From positions 800,001 to 864,000 of the forward strand of contig CAWJPJ010000008.1 of assembly GCA_963844715.1 (NCBI GenBank): a stretch of DNA of 64,000 bases, in the 5' to 3' direction. Below are positions 1 through 10,719 of this stretch, piece after piece; position 1 is the stretch's first letter, and every line of letters starts with the position of its first letter. The notes below the pieces were generated by a model. The model saw nothing but the letters and a program-made list of their open reading frames with translations. It searched no databases and had not been told where the DNA came from. Origin of the DNA: an uncultured Phycisphaerales bacterium. GTDB taxonomy: Bacteria; Planctomycetota; Phycisphaerae; Tepidisphaerales; Tepidisphaeraceae. The position numbers were made by a program, and so were the translations under genes.

Positions 1-579
1 GGTTTGCAGATCCTGCTGGGTGACGCCGCCGGTGGCGAGGAGGCCTTTGTATCGAATGTAGGTGGCGTTCATGAGGTCGGCGTTTTGATTCGCGGAGACG
101 AGATTCGCCTTGGCCTGTTCGAGGGAGGCTTTGGCTTGTTCGAGTTGGGCGTCGACGTCGGGGGCGTCGATTTTGGCGAGGAGTTCGCCGGCGGCGACGT
201 GGGTTCCGACTTCATGGGTCCATTGGGCGAGGTAACCGCTGATGCGGGCGTAGAGCGCGGTGACCTGCCAGGGGTGGAGATCGCCGGGGAGTCTGAATTC
301 TTCGTATTGGCCGGTCGGCTGGGGACGAACGACGGTGACGAGGACGGGGGCGTCGGCTTCGGCGATGGTTTCGGCGGCGAGCGCGTGTTCCTCATGGGCG
401 TGGACGATGAAGCGAGCGACGAAGGCGACGACAATAATTCCGGCGAAGATTCCGCCGAGGAGGATCATCCAGAAGGGGCTGAGGCGGGGGAGATCGTGGG
501 GGACTTCAGCCTTGTCGGCCTCGTGCGGCTGCTGGGGCCCGGGCTGATCGGACTGCGGTTTTTCTTCGTGGCTTTCCAC
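1..579 (-). CDS. Efflux RND transporter periplasmic adaptor (MFP), runs off window start
   Basis: Manual translation from GTG at 579 (overlaps permease stop): N-terminal TM, then LPGDLHPWQVTALYARISGYL...GELLAKIDAPDVDAQLEQAKA lipoyl/hairpin pattern. Confidence 0.85.
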   Translation of the reverse strand, partial: MESHEEKPQSDQPGPQQPHEADKAEVPHDLPRLSPFWMILLGGIFAGIIVVAFVARFIVHAHEEHALAAETIAEADAPVLVTVVRPQPTGQYEEFRLPGDLHPWQVTALYARISGYLAQWTHEVGTHVAAGELLAKIDAPDVDAQLEQAKASLEQAKANLVSANQNADLMNATYIRYKGLLATGGVTQQDLQT

Positions 580-3500
580 TATCGCAACTCCTCTTCAACT
601 TGGGTGATGGGCGGCTTGTGCCGCAGAGCGCTGTAGACGACGGGGACGAAAAAGAGTGTGGCGAAAGTCGCCAGCATGAGGCCGCCGATGACGGCGCGGC
701 CGAGCGGGGCGTTTTCCTCCCCGCCCTCACCGAGGCCGAGGGACATGGGGAGCATTCCGATGATCATCGCCAGGGCGGTCATGATGACGGGGCGGAGGCG
801 GGTCATTCCGGCGACGAGAGCGGCGTCGTGGGAGTCGAGGCCGTGCTTTCGCTGATCGTTGGCGAAGGTGATCATGAGGATGCTGTTGGAGGTGGCGACG
901 CCGATGCTCATGATTGCGCCCATGAGGGAGGGGACACTAATCGTAGTGCCGGTGAGGAAGAGCATCCAGAGAATTCCCGAGAGGGCGCCGGGGAGAGCCA
1001 TCAAGATGATCAGGGGATCAAGCCAGGATTGGAAGTTGATGGCCATGAGGAGGTAAACGAGGATGACGGCGAAGATCAATCCGAAGGAGAGGCCGGTGAA
1101 AGACGCTTTCATGCTCTGGACCTGGCCGCGGACGGCGATGGTGGTTCCGCGCGGGAGGTCTTTTTTGACGCCGGCGACGATTCGATCGACGCCGTCGGCG
1201 ACGGAATTAAGATCGGTGCCGCGGACGTCCGCCAGGACATCGTAGGTGGGCAATTCCTGGTAGTGGGTGATGTTGGTGGGGGAGCGGCCGCGATCGATCG
1301 TGGAGAGATTTCCGAGCAGTTGGGTGGGGAGCGCGCCTTCGGGGAGAGTCATGGCGGCGGTGGCGACGGGGGAAGTCTGGAGATCGTTGATGTTTTCATA
1401 CCGATAGGGCGGGGTCTGGACGAGGACGCTGTATTGGCGTCCGCTGCGGGGATCGACCCAGAAATTGGGGGAGGCCTGGGCGGTGCCGCTGAGGGAGATG
1501 AGCATGTCGCTGGCGACGTTTTGCTGGGTGACGCCGATTTGATCGGCCAGGACGCGATCGACGTTGAGGCGAAGATCGGGAGTGTCGGTCACCTGCTGGA
1601 GGCGCAAATCCACCGCGCCGGGGACTTGGCCGAGCTGGGCGAGAATATTATTGGCGATGGAGAAATCCTTGTCGGCATTGGGCTGTGGGCCGGCGATTTG
1701 AATGTCGATGGGGGCGGAGATGCCGAAATTCAGAACCTGGGTGACGATATCGGCGGGGAGGAAGAAGAAGGTCTGGTCGGGAAATTGTTTGGGGAGGTCC
1801 TTGGCGAGGCGATCGATGTATCCCTCGGTGGGGGCGTGATTGTCGTTCAGGGCGACGAGGATTTCGCCGTCGGCGGGGGACATCATGGTGCCGTCGCTGA
1901 GGGAAAGATTGATGGAGCTGTTGGGAATTCCCATGTTGTCGGTGATGGTTTCGACTTCAGATGGGGGAATTTCCCTGCGCATGTAGTTTTCGACGGCGCC
2001 GAAGATTCGCTCGGTTTGTTCGATGCGCGTGCCGGGCGGGTTGCGGACGTGGAGGCGGATTTGTCCGGCGTCGACGGTTGGGAAGAAATCGCGGCCGATG
2101 AAGAAAAAGAGGGAACAGGAGAGAAGCACCAGTATGGTGAAGGCGGCGGTGAAAGTGGGGCGATGCTTGAGGCGCCAGGGAGAGGAGGCTGCCGTAATAT
2201 TGGCGGAGTTGCTCGAAGTAGTGCTCGAATTTGTCGTGGAAGCGCCAGAGCCAGTTGCGGTGGCGATCGAGGTGGGCCTTCTTTTCGTCGACGTGGGGAT
2301 CGTTGGGGTCGATTTTTCCGCCGTACATTTCGACTTCGTTGGCCAGGAGATAGTGGACCATGGTGGGGACGAGGGTTCGGCTGAGGAGATAGCTGGTGAG
2401 CATGGCGAAGACAACGGCCATGGCCAGGGGCGTGAAGAGAAACTTCGCCGGGCCGCTGATGAAGACGACGGGGACGAAGACGATGCAGATGCACAGGGTC
2501 GAGACGAAAGCGGGGACCGCGATTTGGGAGGCGCCATCGAGAATGGCCTGGACGAGGCGTTTTCTCTGGTGGAGATTGCGGTGGATGTTTTCGATTTCGA
2601 CGGTGGCGTCATCGACGAGAATGCCGACGGCCAGGGCCATTCCGCCGAGGGTCATGACGTTAAGGGTCTGGCCGAGCCAGTGGAGGACGATGACAGAGAC
2701 CATGATGGAGAGGGGAATGGAGATGACGACGATGAGGGTGCTGCGCCAGCTTCCCAGGAAGATGAGGATCATGAGGCCGGTGAGTCCGGCGGCGATGGCG
2801 GCTTCGCGCATGACGCCGTTGACGCTGGCGCGGACGAAGATGGATTGATCGAAGAGGGGGGTGATTTTCATTCCGCCGTTGGGGACCTGTGCGGAGATTC
2901 CCGGGAGGGCGGCTTTGACGCGATCGACGACGTCGGTGGTGGAGGCGTTTCCGGCCTTGAGGACGACCATGAGGACGCCGCGTTTTCCGTTGGTGTGGAC
3001 GATACTGGTCTGGACCTGGAAGCCGTCGCGGACGTAGCCGATGTCCTTCATCTGAACGGTTGCGCCGTTGACGGTTTTGATGGGCATCTGATTGATGGCG
3101 TTAACCAGCGGGGGGCTGCTGTTGAGAATGACGGGGTATTCCTGCTTGCCGATCTTGGTGGTGCCGGAGGGGATGACGAGATTCTGGGCGGCGATGGCGT
3201 CGGAGACCTGGCTGGGGGAGATTCCCCAGGCGTAGAGTTTTTCGGGATCTAGATCGACCATGATCTGGCGGACTTTGCCGCCGTAGGGCCAGGGCAATTG
3301 CGCGCCCTGGACGACGGCGAGACCGGGGCGGATGTATTGATTGCCGTAATCGAAGAGTTGCTGCTCGGTGAGGGTGTCGCTGCTGAGGCTGAGCTGCAGG
3401 ACGGGGACGTTGGAGGCGTTGTATTGAATGATCAGCGGCGGCTGAGTTCCCGGCGGCATCGAACGAATCGCGGTTTGGGCGATGGCGGTGACCTGTGAGA

Positions 3501-3816
3501 GGGAATTGGCGAGGTTGGCGTCGGGTTGGAAATAGACTTTGATGACGGAGACGCCGTTGAGGGATTGGCTGTCGACGTGCTCGATGTCGTTGACGGTGGT
3601 GGTGAGCGCGCCTTCGAAGTTGGTGACGATGCGCTGTTCCATGTCGCCGGGGGTCATGCCGCTGTAGTTGAAGGCGACGGCGACGACGGGGATGTTAATG
3701 TTGGGGAAGATGTCGATGGGCATGGAGGCGACGGTGACGACGAAAAGAATGACCACCATCATGGCCATGACGACGAACGTATATGGCCGGCGGAGGGCGA
3801 GACGAACAATCCACAT
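579..3816 (-). CDS. RND efflux permease (AcrB/CzcA family), one apparent frameshift near 2170
   Basis: ORFs 1957..3816 and 579..2612 join; MWIVRLALRRPYTF, DIFPNINIPVV, GILVDDATVEIENI, TRLRPVIMTALAMIIGMLPM motifs. Confidence 0.93.
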
Positions 3817-4051
3817 ATATCAGGAGTTCCTAAAATTGCGGGGCGACAACTCGGTGCGCCAAGGACGCACTGCCAACCCTGTCGGGAATGATACCGCAAT
3901 AGCGTCGATCCGGGAATGGGCGAACACGGCGTGGGGGGAATTCATGGATAAAGGTTGATTTCGGTGCGAAAACGGGGATTGGAAGCGCGGTCCCGATGCG
4001 GGAGGGAGCCGGCAGTTTGCCGCGCTGGCGCCGGGGCGCGGGCGCGCTAGC

Positions 4052-4291
4052 ATGTGGTTCATGTCGGAACCGCCGAAAGCGTTTGATTCATACGCGGAAC
4101 AGCCCAAAAAGCCCTCGCAGACCACGGAAAAGGAGAAGCTCAAAGTCGGCGTGACGGCGGGAGCGACGGGGCTGGGGTGTCTGGGAGTGGCGACGCTTCC
4201 GTTTAGTGTTCTGGCGATCATCGCGATTTTCTTTGCGATCGTGGCGTATATTCATCACGTTATCTATCTGCATCACCATTTGTTGAAATGA
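4052..4291 (+). CDS. Small hypothetical membrane protein
   Basis: 79-aa ORF with one hydrophobic C-terminal segment; no family recognised. Confidence 0.45.
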   Translation: MWFMSEPPKAFDSYAEQPKKPSQTTEKEKLKVGVTAGATGLGCLGVATLPFSVLAIIAIFFAIVAYIHHVIYLHHHLLK

Positions 4292-4424
4292 GATGCCGCG
4301 CCCCCGGGGCTGAGCGGGATGGCCGCGTGGAGAGGGGCTTTCGCGGGGTTTTATAGGCGATCTGTCTGAAGTGGGGCTGGCTCTGGCTTATGGGGGGCGG
4401 GTGGTCTAGAATGTAATTATAGAT

Positions 4425-4498
<74 letters not shown>

Positions 4499-4509
4499 TT
4501 CCAGATGAC

Positions 4510-4545
4510 AAAGGGACTTGCAGCGATGCGAGTCCCTTTTTCTTT
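4510..4545 (+). terminator. Rho-independent terminator after tRNA
   Basis: aaagggacttgca-gcga-tgcgagtcccttt followed by T tract. Confidence 0.75.
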
Positions 4546-4562
4546 GGCCAAAAATGGGCCTG

Positions 4563-4584
4563 CTGCCCCATAAACTGCCCCATA
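4563..4584 (+). repeat. Tandem 10-bp direct repeat ctgccccata, candidate integrase arm-type sites
   Basis: ctgccccata at 4563-4572 and 4575-4584, between tRNA and integrase. Confidence 0.55.
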
Positions 4585-4597
4585 CGGCCTGGGAAAC

Positions 4598-5851
4598 ATG
4601 GTACTCGCCAAGGAGTGTTCAACACTTGTTCCTTGGAGGTGGCCAGTGGCCTATTTGTTCAAGCGCGGAAGCGTCTATTACGTGAAGTTCTACGTCGCCG
4701 GAAAGCAGAAGGAGAAATCCCTCGGCACCGGCGTCTACCAGATCGCCAAAGAGAAGCAGCGGTTGTTCGAGTCGGCGCGGGCCAGAGGTGAAAGCCTTCC
4801 GATGCCGACGCGCACGCCCATCGCGGAGATCGTGACCGCTTACGTCGCGGCCATCCGCACCGCCAAGACGGCCAAGAGCGCTCAGACCGACATCTATTAT
4901 CTCCGCGATGTGTTCGGCCCGATTTGCGACGCTCTGAAAATCACGAGCCGCAAGGCGTCGGAGAAAACCCGCAAGCGCCAATTGAAAGATGACGTGGACC
5001 GCCGGCACAAGGCACCGGTGATCGAAGCCGACTGCTTCGAGGCCATCACGACGGCGCAGATCGTCGAATTCGTTTCGGGCCAGGTCGCTCGCCGTGGCCT
5101 CGCGCCCAAGACTGCCAACCGCTATCGTGAAATCCTCACCCGCCTTTTCAATTGGGCCGTGGAGCAAAAAGGCGTGCGGCTGCCGGGCGACCGCAATCCC
5201 GCCTCCAAAGTGGAACGCTATCGCGAGTCGGCGCCGAACATCCGCTTCCTGACGCTCAAGCAAATCGACGAGCAACTTGGCGCGCTGGCCGACAATCTCA
5301 AGCTCCAGGCAATGGTGGCCACGCTGATCTTCGCCGGTTTGCGGCGCGAGGAGTTGTTATGGCTCACGCACGACGACTTGGATTTGGACACCGGGAAACA
5401 CGGCCTTATCCGAGTTCGGGCAAAGGAAATTCATGGCGAGTCTTGGGAGCCGAAGACGAAGAAGAATCGCGCCGTGCCGGTGAGCTCGCGGCTTCGCCAT
5501 TACCTCGACAAGTGGCAACTGAAAATGGAAAAGAGCAAAGGGGCGTGGATTTTCCCAAGCCCCGAAGGGAAGAGATGGGACCCCGACAACTTCTCCCAGG
5601 ACTTGCGCGCAACAAACGAAAACGCGAAATTATCCTGGGGTTGTCTGGATTTCCGCCATACGTTCGGCAGCCAACTCGCGATGAAGGGTGAGAGCCTTTA
5701 CAAAATCAGTAAGCTCATGGGAAACTCGCCGGAAATTTGTAGTCGGCATTACGCGGCTCTGATTCCTGAGGAAATGGGGGATTCCGTCGAATTCGGCGCA
5801 ATAAAAGATTCGATGATATCGCCTTCCCATGGGACAGCCATGCGAGCATAG
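4598..5851 (+). CDS. int: Tyrosine recombinase/integrase (true start possibly GTG near 4646)
   Basis: AGLRREEL (R), KTKKNR (K), DFRHTFGSQL, LMGNS, HY catalytic motifs; N-terminal arm-binding-like segment. Confidence 0.93.
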   Translation: MVLAKECSTLVPWRWPVAYLFKRGSVYYVKFYVAGKQKEKSLGTGVYQIAKEKQRLFESARARGESLPMPTRTPIAEIVTAYVAAIRTAKTAKSAQTDIYYLRDVFGPICDALKITSRKASEKTRKRQLKDDVDRRHKAPVIEADCFEAITTAQIVEFVSGQVARRGLAPKTANRYREILTRLFNWAVEQKGVRLPGDRNPASKVERYRESAPNIRFLTLKQIDEQLGALADNLKLQAMVATLIFAGLRREELLWLTHDDLDLDTGKHGLIRVRAKEIHGESWEPKTKKNRAVPVSSRLRHYLDKWQLKMEKSKGAWIFPSPEGKRWDPDNFSQDLRATNENAKLSWGCLDFRHTFGSQLAMKGESLYKISKLMGNSPEICSRHYAALIPEEMGDSVEFGAIKDSMISPSHGTAMRA

Positions 5852-5931
5852 ACCCGTTCCCGGCGTGCAAGCCAACATTGCTTGTGAACAGGCCGGAAGC
5901 TATTCTCCGTACATTTACCGAACACGCGGAT

Positions 5932-7272
5932 ATGGCAAAGCGGCTTACAAACTCACAATTACTCGGCCAGCAAGGCATGGACTTAGTCTCGACTCGAGTT
6001 CATGAAATGGGTTTCGCCTGGCATCCAACGAACGCCTCCCTCGATGCGGGCATCGACGGTTACATCGAACTCCGCGATCCAAATTCGGGTGAGGCCAAAA
6101 ATGCGATCTTGCTGGTACAAAGCAAGGCGAGATCCACTCTTGAACGGGAAACTGACGAAACCTTTGAATTTACATGTACACCCGAAGATTTGAGCTACTG
6201 GCTTCAAGGAACAGCACCCGTCTTGCTCATCGTGTCCAAGCCGAAAGAACAGCGCGCGTGGTGGGTATCGGTTAAGGATTACTTCCGTTCCCCTGACGCC
6301 AACAAGAGCCGACGGGTTCGCTTTGTCAAGCATGACCAGGCTTTCGACAAATCGGCGGCCACGTCACTGATAGCATTAGCGGCCACTTCGGGCAGCGGCG
6401 CATATTTCCCGCCGATCCCACGGCAGGAAAAATTGCTGTCGAATCTGTTAGCCGTCACTCGGTCACCCACCCGAATCTACTGGGCGCAAACGCAATTCAC
6501 TGATCGCAACGAGGTTTGGGACGAGCTAAAGAAACGCGTCGAATGGCCTGACCGCGAATGGTTCCTTTACGAACAGAAGATTTATTCGATCCACGACCTT
6601 CACGACGATCCATGGGCGAAGGTTTGTGACATCGGAACCATCGAGACAGCCGACGGAAGGGAATGGAGCCGCTCCCGCGACCGCGACATTCAGCGCATGT
6701 TCGTCCGCTTCCTTAACGAGTGCTTGCACTCGCGCGTGAGCCCGATGGGATTGCGCTTTACCGGCGCGTCAGAATGTTTCTACTTCAAAGCCACGAAGGA
6801 CCTGACAACCCGGCGAAAATCGTATCGAAGTCTGAGGGTCAAAGCGTCGCGGGACGTTTTCAAAGCTTATCCATCAAAAGCTGACCCAACGCGCATTGCG
6901 TATTACCGTCATGTTGCCTTCGAGCGTCGTTTTCGCAACTACGACGGTAAGTGGTTCTTGGAGATTAACCCGACTTATGTCTTCACGTCCGATGGGCATG
7001 AACTCCACCCATTTCGGGAAGAACTGTTGTCGAAGATAAAGACGATAGAGGGAAACGCCGCAGTTCTTGGGCTTGTTGTCATGTTCGCTGACCTGCTTCA
7101 TGACGATGAGGGATTATTTACCCGGGCGTATCCCCACCTGGGCTTCGGATGGCTCGAAACCGTGGAATTGCCAGTTGGCATCGACGACAAGGCGTGGCTC
7201 AATCGCGACGAGCTAAAGCTGCCCGAGTCTGACGAGGAAGACTTCACCCAAACTTTATTTGACCGATGTTAG
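5932..7272 (+). CDS. DUF4365 (DREN, PD-(D/E)xK nuclease)-APAZ effector of a short Argonaute system
   Basis: N-terminal DAGIDGYIEL...LVQSK motif typical of DUF4365; C-terminal ...WFLEINPTYVFTSDG APAZ-like region; overlaps pAgo start. Confidence 0.8.
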   Translation: MAKRLTNSQLLGQQGMDLVSTRVHEMGFAWHPTNASLDAGIDGYIELRDPNSGEAKNAILLVQSKARSTLERETDETFEFTCTPEDLSYWLQGTAPVLLIVSKPKEQRAWWVSVKDYFRSPDANKSRRVRFVKHDQAFDKSAATSLIALAATSGSGAYFPPIPRQEKLLSNLLAVTRSPTRIYWAQTQFTDRNEVWDELKKRVEWPDREWFLYEQKIYSIHDLHDDPWAKVCDIGTIETADGREWSRSRDRDIQRMFVRFLNECLHSRVSPMGLRFTGASECFYFKATKDLTTRRKSYRSLRVKASRDVFKAYPSKADPTRIAYYRHVAFERRFRNYDGKWFLEINPTYVFTSDGHELHPFREELLSKIKTIEGNAAVLGLVVMFADLLHDDEGLFTRAYPHLGFGWLETVELPVGIDDKAWLNRDELKLPESDEEDFTQTLFDRC

Positions 7273-8810
7273 CATTTTTTCTTGAAGAACCCGAGTTGGA
7301 GTTTGCCCGAGGCGGGCGCCACATCGACATCCGATTCGGCCTCAGCACGCTCGGGCCGCTGGATCGGACAGGTGAACTGGCGCCGCGAGCGATCCGCGTC
7401 GGCGTGGTGGGTGACGCGGAGAGCGTGGACGGTTTTCAGCAATGGATTACCAAATGCCGCGGCGGCATCGAGGCCAAGCCGTCGCCTCTCTCAACGCTTT
7501 TTCCATCATTCCCAGGTTTTGGCACGACCGGAGCCTTCTGCGATTTTGTCTGCACCCCACAATTGACTTCCAGTATTTCACGCAGCGATCTAGATGAACT
7601 TGCGGCCATAGAACCAGCGCCTTTACTTATCGAGCAATCCGTCACCCGCTATTTGAATGAAGCCGCTAGCTTGATCGAGAACACCAACGCGGACGTCATT
7701 GTCTGTATTCTGTCACCGACCTTGCTTAAAAAGATCGACGTTCAAAGCGAGCATCGTCGCGGCCCGCGCTCGCGGAAAATTGCCTCAACCGCGACGACCG
7801 CCGACAAAGTCGTATGGCACGATTTGCTGAAGGCTCGGGCGATGAAACTTCGCAAACCGATCCAGGTCACTCGGCCCGGAACATTCGGGGGGCGTGTGCA
7901 GCGGTATAAGCAGGACGGAACGAGTAGTCTTGAACTTCAGGATGAAGCAACCCGCGCCTGGAACTTTTTCAGCGCGCTCTATTATAAGGCAGGCGGAATC
8001 CCATGGCGGCTTGTGAGACAGACAAGCGACCTGGCAACGTGTTACGTTGGTATAAGCTTCTTTGAATCCAAGGATCACGATGCGTTGCAGACGAGCGTAG
8101 CCCAAGTATTTAACGAACGGGGTGAAGGCGTGATTGTCAGAGGCGGTCCGGCGACAATCGACAAAGATGATCGCACGCCCCATGTTCGGGATGAAGACGC
8201 CGAACAATTGCTGTCTCGTGCATTGGAACTTTACCGTACCGTTCATCGCACCATGCCGGCCAGGCTTGTGTGCCATAAGAGTTCTTATTTCACCGCTGGT
8301 GAAAAAGCCGGCTGTCGAGCTGCGGCAAAGGCAGCGCGCATCGATGGCGCTGACCTCATTTCAATCCGCAAGAGTATGACCCGGTTATACCGGAAAGGTT
8401 CGTATCCCCCGCTTCGCGGCACGGCTGTCAACGTATCGGACATGGAAACATTGCTGTACACGCAGGGGAGCATCGACTTTTATCGGTGTTATCCGGGCCT
8501 TTACGTCCCACGGGCATTTTCCGTGCAATGGGACGATGTGGAACAGAGCCAACGAAAATTGCTTGAGGAAATTCTCGCGCTTACGAAAATGAATTGGAAC
8601 AGCACGCAATTCGTAAACTCTGAGCCGATCACACTGGCGGCCTCGCGCAATGTTGGTGACATTCTTCGGTATTTGGGAAAGGACGACCCGATCGAAGCAC
8701 GCTACTCGTACTATATGTACGCGCCCGCACCTCATATCGTTAGCGGCATTCATCAAAATGCGAGCGACCGTTCCGGCGGACTTGCATTTCCGGAACGGTC
8801 GCTGCGATAA
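7266..8810 (+). CDS. ago: Short prokaryotic Argonaute (MID-PIWI, catalytically inactive); real stop probably near 8720
   Basis: EEPELEF start, WHDLLK/IQV/ALYYKAG MID residues, CYVGISFF (no catalytic D), YPPLRGT, LTKMNWN, PIT, YSYYM end. Confidence 0.92.
   Translation: MLAFFLEEPELEFARGGRHIDIRFGLSTLGPLDRTGELAPRAIRVGVVGDAESVDGFQQWITKCRGGIEAKPSPLSTLFPSFPGFGTTGAFCDFVCTPQLTSSISRSDLDELAAIEPAPLLIEQSVTRYLNEAASLIENTNADVIVCILSPTLLKKIDVQSEHRRGPRSRKIASTATTADKVVWHDLLKARAMKLRKPIQVTRPGTFGGRVQRYKQDGTSSLELQDEATRAWNFFSALYYKAGGIPWRLVRQTSDLATCYVGISFFESKDHDALQTSVAQVFNERGEGVIVRGGPATIDKDDRTPHVRDEDAEQLLSRALELYRTVHRTMPARLVCHKSSYFTAGEKAGCRAAAKAARIDGADLISIRKSMTRLYRKGSYPPLRGTAVNVSDMETLLYTQGSIDFYRCYPGLYVPRAFSVQWDDVEQSQRKLLEEILALTKMNWNSTQFVNSEPITLAASRNVGDILRYLGKDDPIEARYSYYMYAPAPHIVSGIHQNASDRSGGLAFPERSLR
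8763..8803. terminator. 14-bp perfect hairpin between convergent pAgo and xis genes
   Basis: agcgaccgttccgg (8763-8776) / ccggaacggtcgct (8790-8803). Confidence 0.6.
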
Positions 8811-8835
8811 AAACGCTCGTGGCGGGCATGATGGT

Positions 8836-9045
8836 TCATCCCTGCCGTTTGGTCTCGAATTCTTCCACCTCCTTTCGGTTGTACCGCACAATTCCGTTGC
8901 GCCCTTCGCCAAGACAAAGCCGAGTCAGGCCAGCGCGCCGGGCGATTCGGTCAACGCTTGAACGCGAGCAGCGCCACCGCTCCTGAAGCTCTTTGGGCGA
9001 CAAATATGGCGAAACTGCCGGAGCGTTCACTTCAATCGTCGTCAT
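8836..9045 (-). CDS. Excisionase-like / AlpA-type HTH DNA-binding protein
   Basis: 69 aa, YLSPKELQERWRCSRSSVDRIAR...VRYNRKEVEEF winged-HTH pattern; near integrase. Confidence 0.75.
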   Translation of the reverse strand: MTTIEVNAPAVSPYLSPKELQERWRCSRSSVDRIARRAGLTRLCLGEGRNGIVRYNRKEVEEFETKRQG

Positions 9046-9083
9046 GGCGTCACCGAATCTCACGACCAGCCGCACTTCGCGTC

Positions 9084-9121
9084 TGTTCGGTAGATGTTAG
9101 CATCACGCTCTGTAAAGTCAA
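9084..9121 (-). promoter_or_regulatory. Sigma70-like promoter for xis overlapped by TAAC-N7-GAAC operator
   Basis: Minus strand TTGACT-N16-TAACAT; ctaacatctaccgaaca. Confidence 0.55.
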
Positions 9122-9160
9122 TGGTATTATCCATACCAATCGTGATTCATGATTGGGGCG

Positions 9161-9867
9161 ATTACGAGCGATTTGTTTCAGCAGGCCAGCGGCCGATGAT
9201 TTTGCCAATGCGGCACGATGTCTGCCGGGTCTAAGTAATGGCATTGCCCATCAGGCGTCACAACGGCGGCTTGGGGCGAAGCCAGTTGGACCCGACCGTA
9301 TAAGCCTCGCGCCTCCCACCCATTCCAGCAGTAGACCGCCGCAGGCCCCTCGCGGAATTCCCAGGGTGGTATGTTGCGGAACACGATGGATTGGCCGACC
9401 CCTTCAACTTCCAGCGCGTAAATGTCGTAACCCTTCCCGAAGCGCGCGGGCAGATGCCGTCCCCATTCTTCTTGCCAATCCTCATCAGTTTCGGCTTGGC
9501 CCGTGGACTTGATGCGACCGAGGAGAGGCGTGCCACGATCTTCCGGGCGGGTTTCTTTCGGAATCCAGTAAGCAGGATCGTTCTCCTGCGACGGAAGCGC
9601 ACGGCTCCGAACTTCGGGATCGAAAACGTGTGTATCCTCGATCCAGTCGATAGCGCCGTCGTTAAGCTGTTCCAGCTTGCGCAGCGACACGCGAAGCGCA
9701 CCAGCGAGCAGTCGCCGCTCCGAGCGGTTCATAATGTTCAGCGTGTGATGCATCTGCACGTCGTCGAGCGTTTGCAGCGACACGCCGTACAACTCTGCCA
9801 GATTCTTCCAGTTTTCCAATCCCACCACTTCCCTGCGATGGTCGAGCCATTGAATAAGCCTCGACAT
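9161..9867 (-). CDS. CI/LexA-like repressor with degenerate S24 domain (frameshift near C-terminus)
   Basis: HTH-like N-terminus; PLLGRIKS...YALEVEG; repaired end reads DIVRIGKIIGRW, typical of the S24 fold C-terminus. Confidence 0.55.
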
Positions 9868-9888
9868 CGTTTTTCCTTGTTGGAGAAA

Positions 9889-10573
9889 TCATTTCGTCAA
9901 AGTCAGCACTCCTACACAACGGGCGACTCGCGCAATCTCGCGCCGATGAACCGCACGGTCCGGGAACCGTGCCACGGTCCGGGTTCAGCTTTTTCAGCAC
10001 CAGCAAGTCGCGGTCATCATCGCTTTCAAACACCCGGCTGAAATAACATTCATCGTTGGTAAACCAGGTGATGTAATCCTTGCCGTAAACAACTTCTTGA
10101 CCTTCGACGTTCTCGAATCGCGCCGTCGCCGCATTTGGGTAGGTCGGCATCATTGATTCGCCGTCCACCCGCACGCAGAAATCGCACAAGCCTTGGGGCA
10201 CTTTCACGCCTCCGACTTCGATTGCTAAGCGCTCGCTGCGGACGCCGGCGCTGATGCTGTGGAATCCCGGCACTTCGGCCAACTCCTGGAACGGTCCGGA
10301 CACGCCGCACAGAGATTTCGATTCCTCCATGCTGCCCACGACATTCGGCGCGATCCGCCGTTGCAGATCGGCGGGCGTCACCTTCAAGACTTCGGCCATC
10401 TTGCGGAAGTTGTCGGCAAACATGCCGTGTACGCCTGGGCGCATCAGCCGAAAAACGCCCGACCGCTTCATGCCGGCGGCTTGCGCGAAGGTTTCCTTGG
10501 ACATCATGCTGCCGCGCCAAACCTCCGCGAGACGCTCGCCCGAAACCTTCACCGTGCGCGATTCCTTATGCAT
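9889..10573 (-). CDS. XRE-HTH + S24 (LexA/CI-type) repressor (frameshift near C-terminus)
   Basis: SKETFAQAAGMKRSGVFRL HTH, ISAG cleavage-site motif, VRVDGESMMP Ser motif, LKKLNP. Confidence 0.8.
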
Positions 10574-10646
10574 TTTGGATTCAAACCTCCATGAGAGTCT
10601 GTTTACTGCCCTTCAAATCCAAAATGAGGGCAAAATGGAATAGTTC

Positions 10647-10678
10647 TTGACTCCGTCCATATCGTTAGGGTAATGTTC
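10647..10678 (+). promoter_or_regulatory. Promoter for DUF2840-traF overlapped by GTTA-N7-GTTC operator
   Basis: TTGACT-N18-TAATGT; gtta-gggtaat-gttc at 10664-10678. Confidence 0.5.
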
Positions 10679-10719
10679 GGATAACCAAAAGGCAAGCAGA
10701 AAAAAGAAGGAGGCGGCGC

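Noticed and set aside
4..3252. Long plus-strand ORFs (4..636, 600..2384, 2023..3252)
   Set aside because: Antisense shadows of the GC-rich RND/MFP genes with no recognisable motifs.
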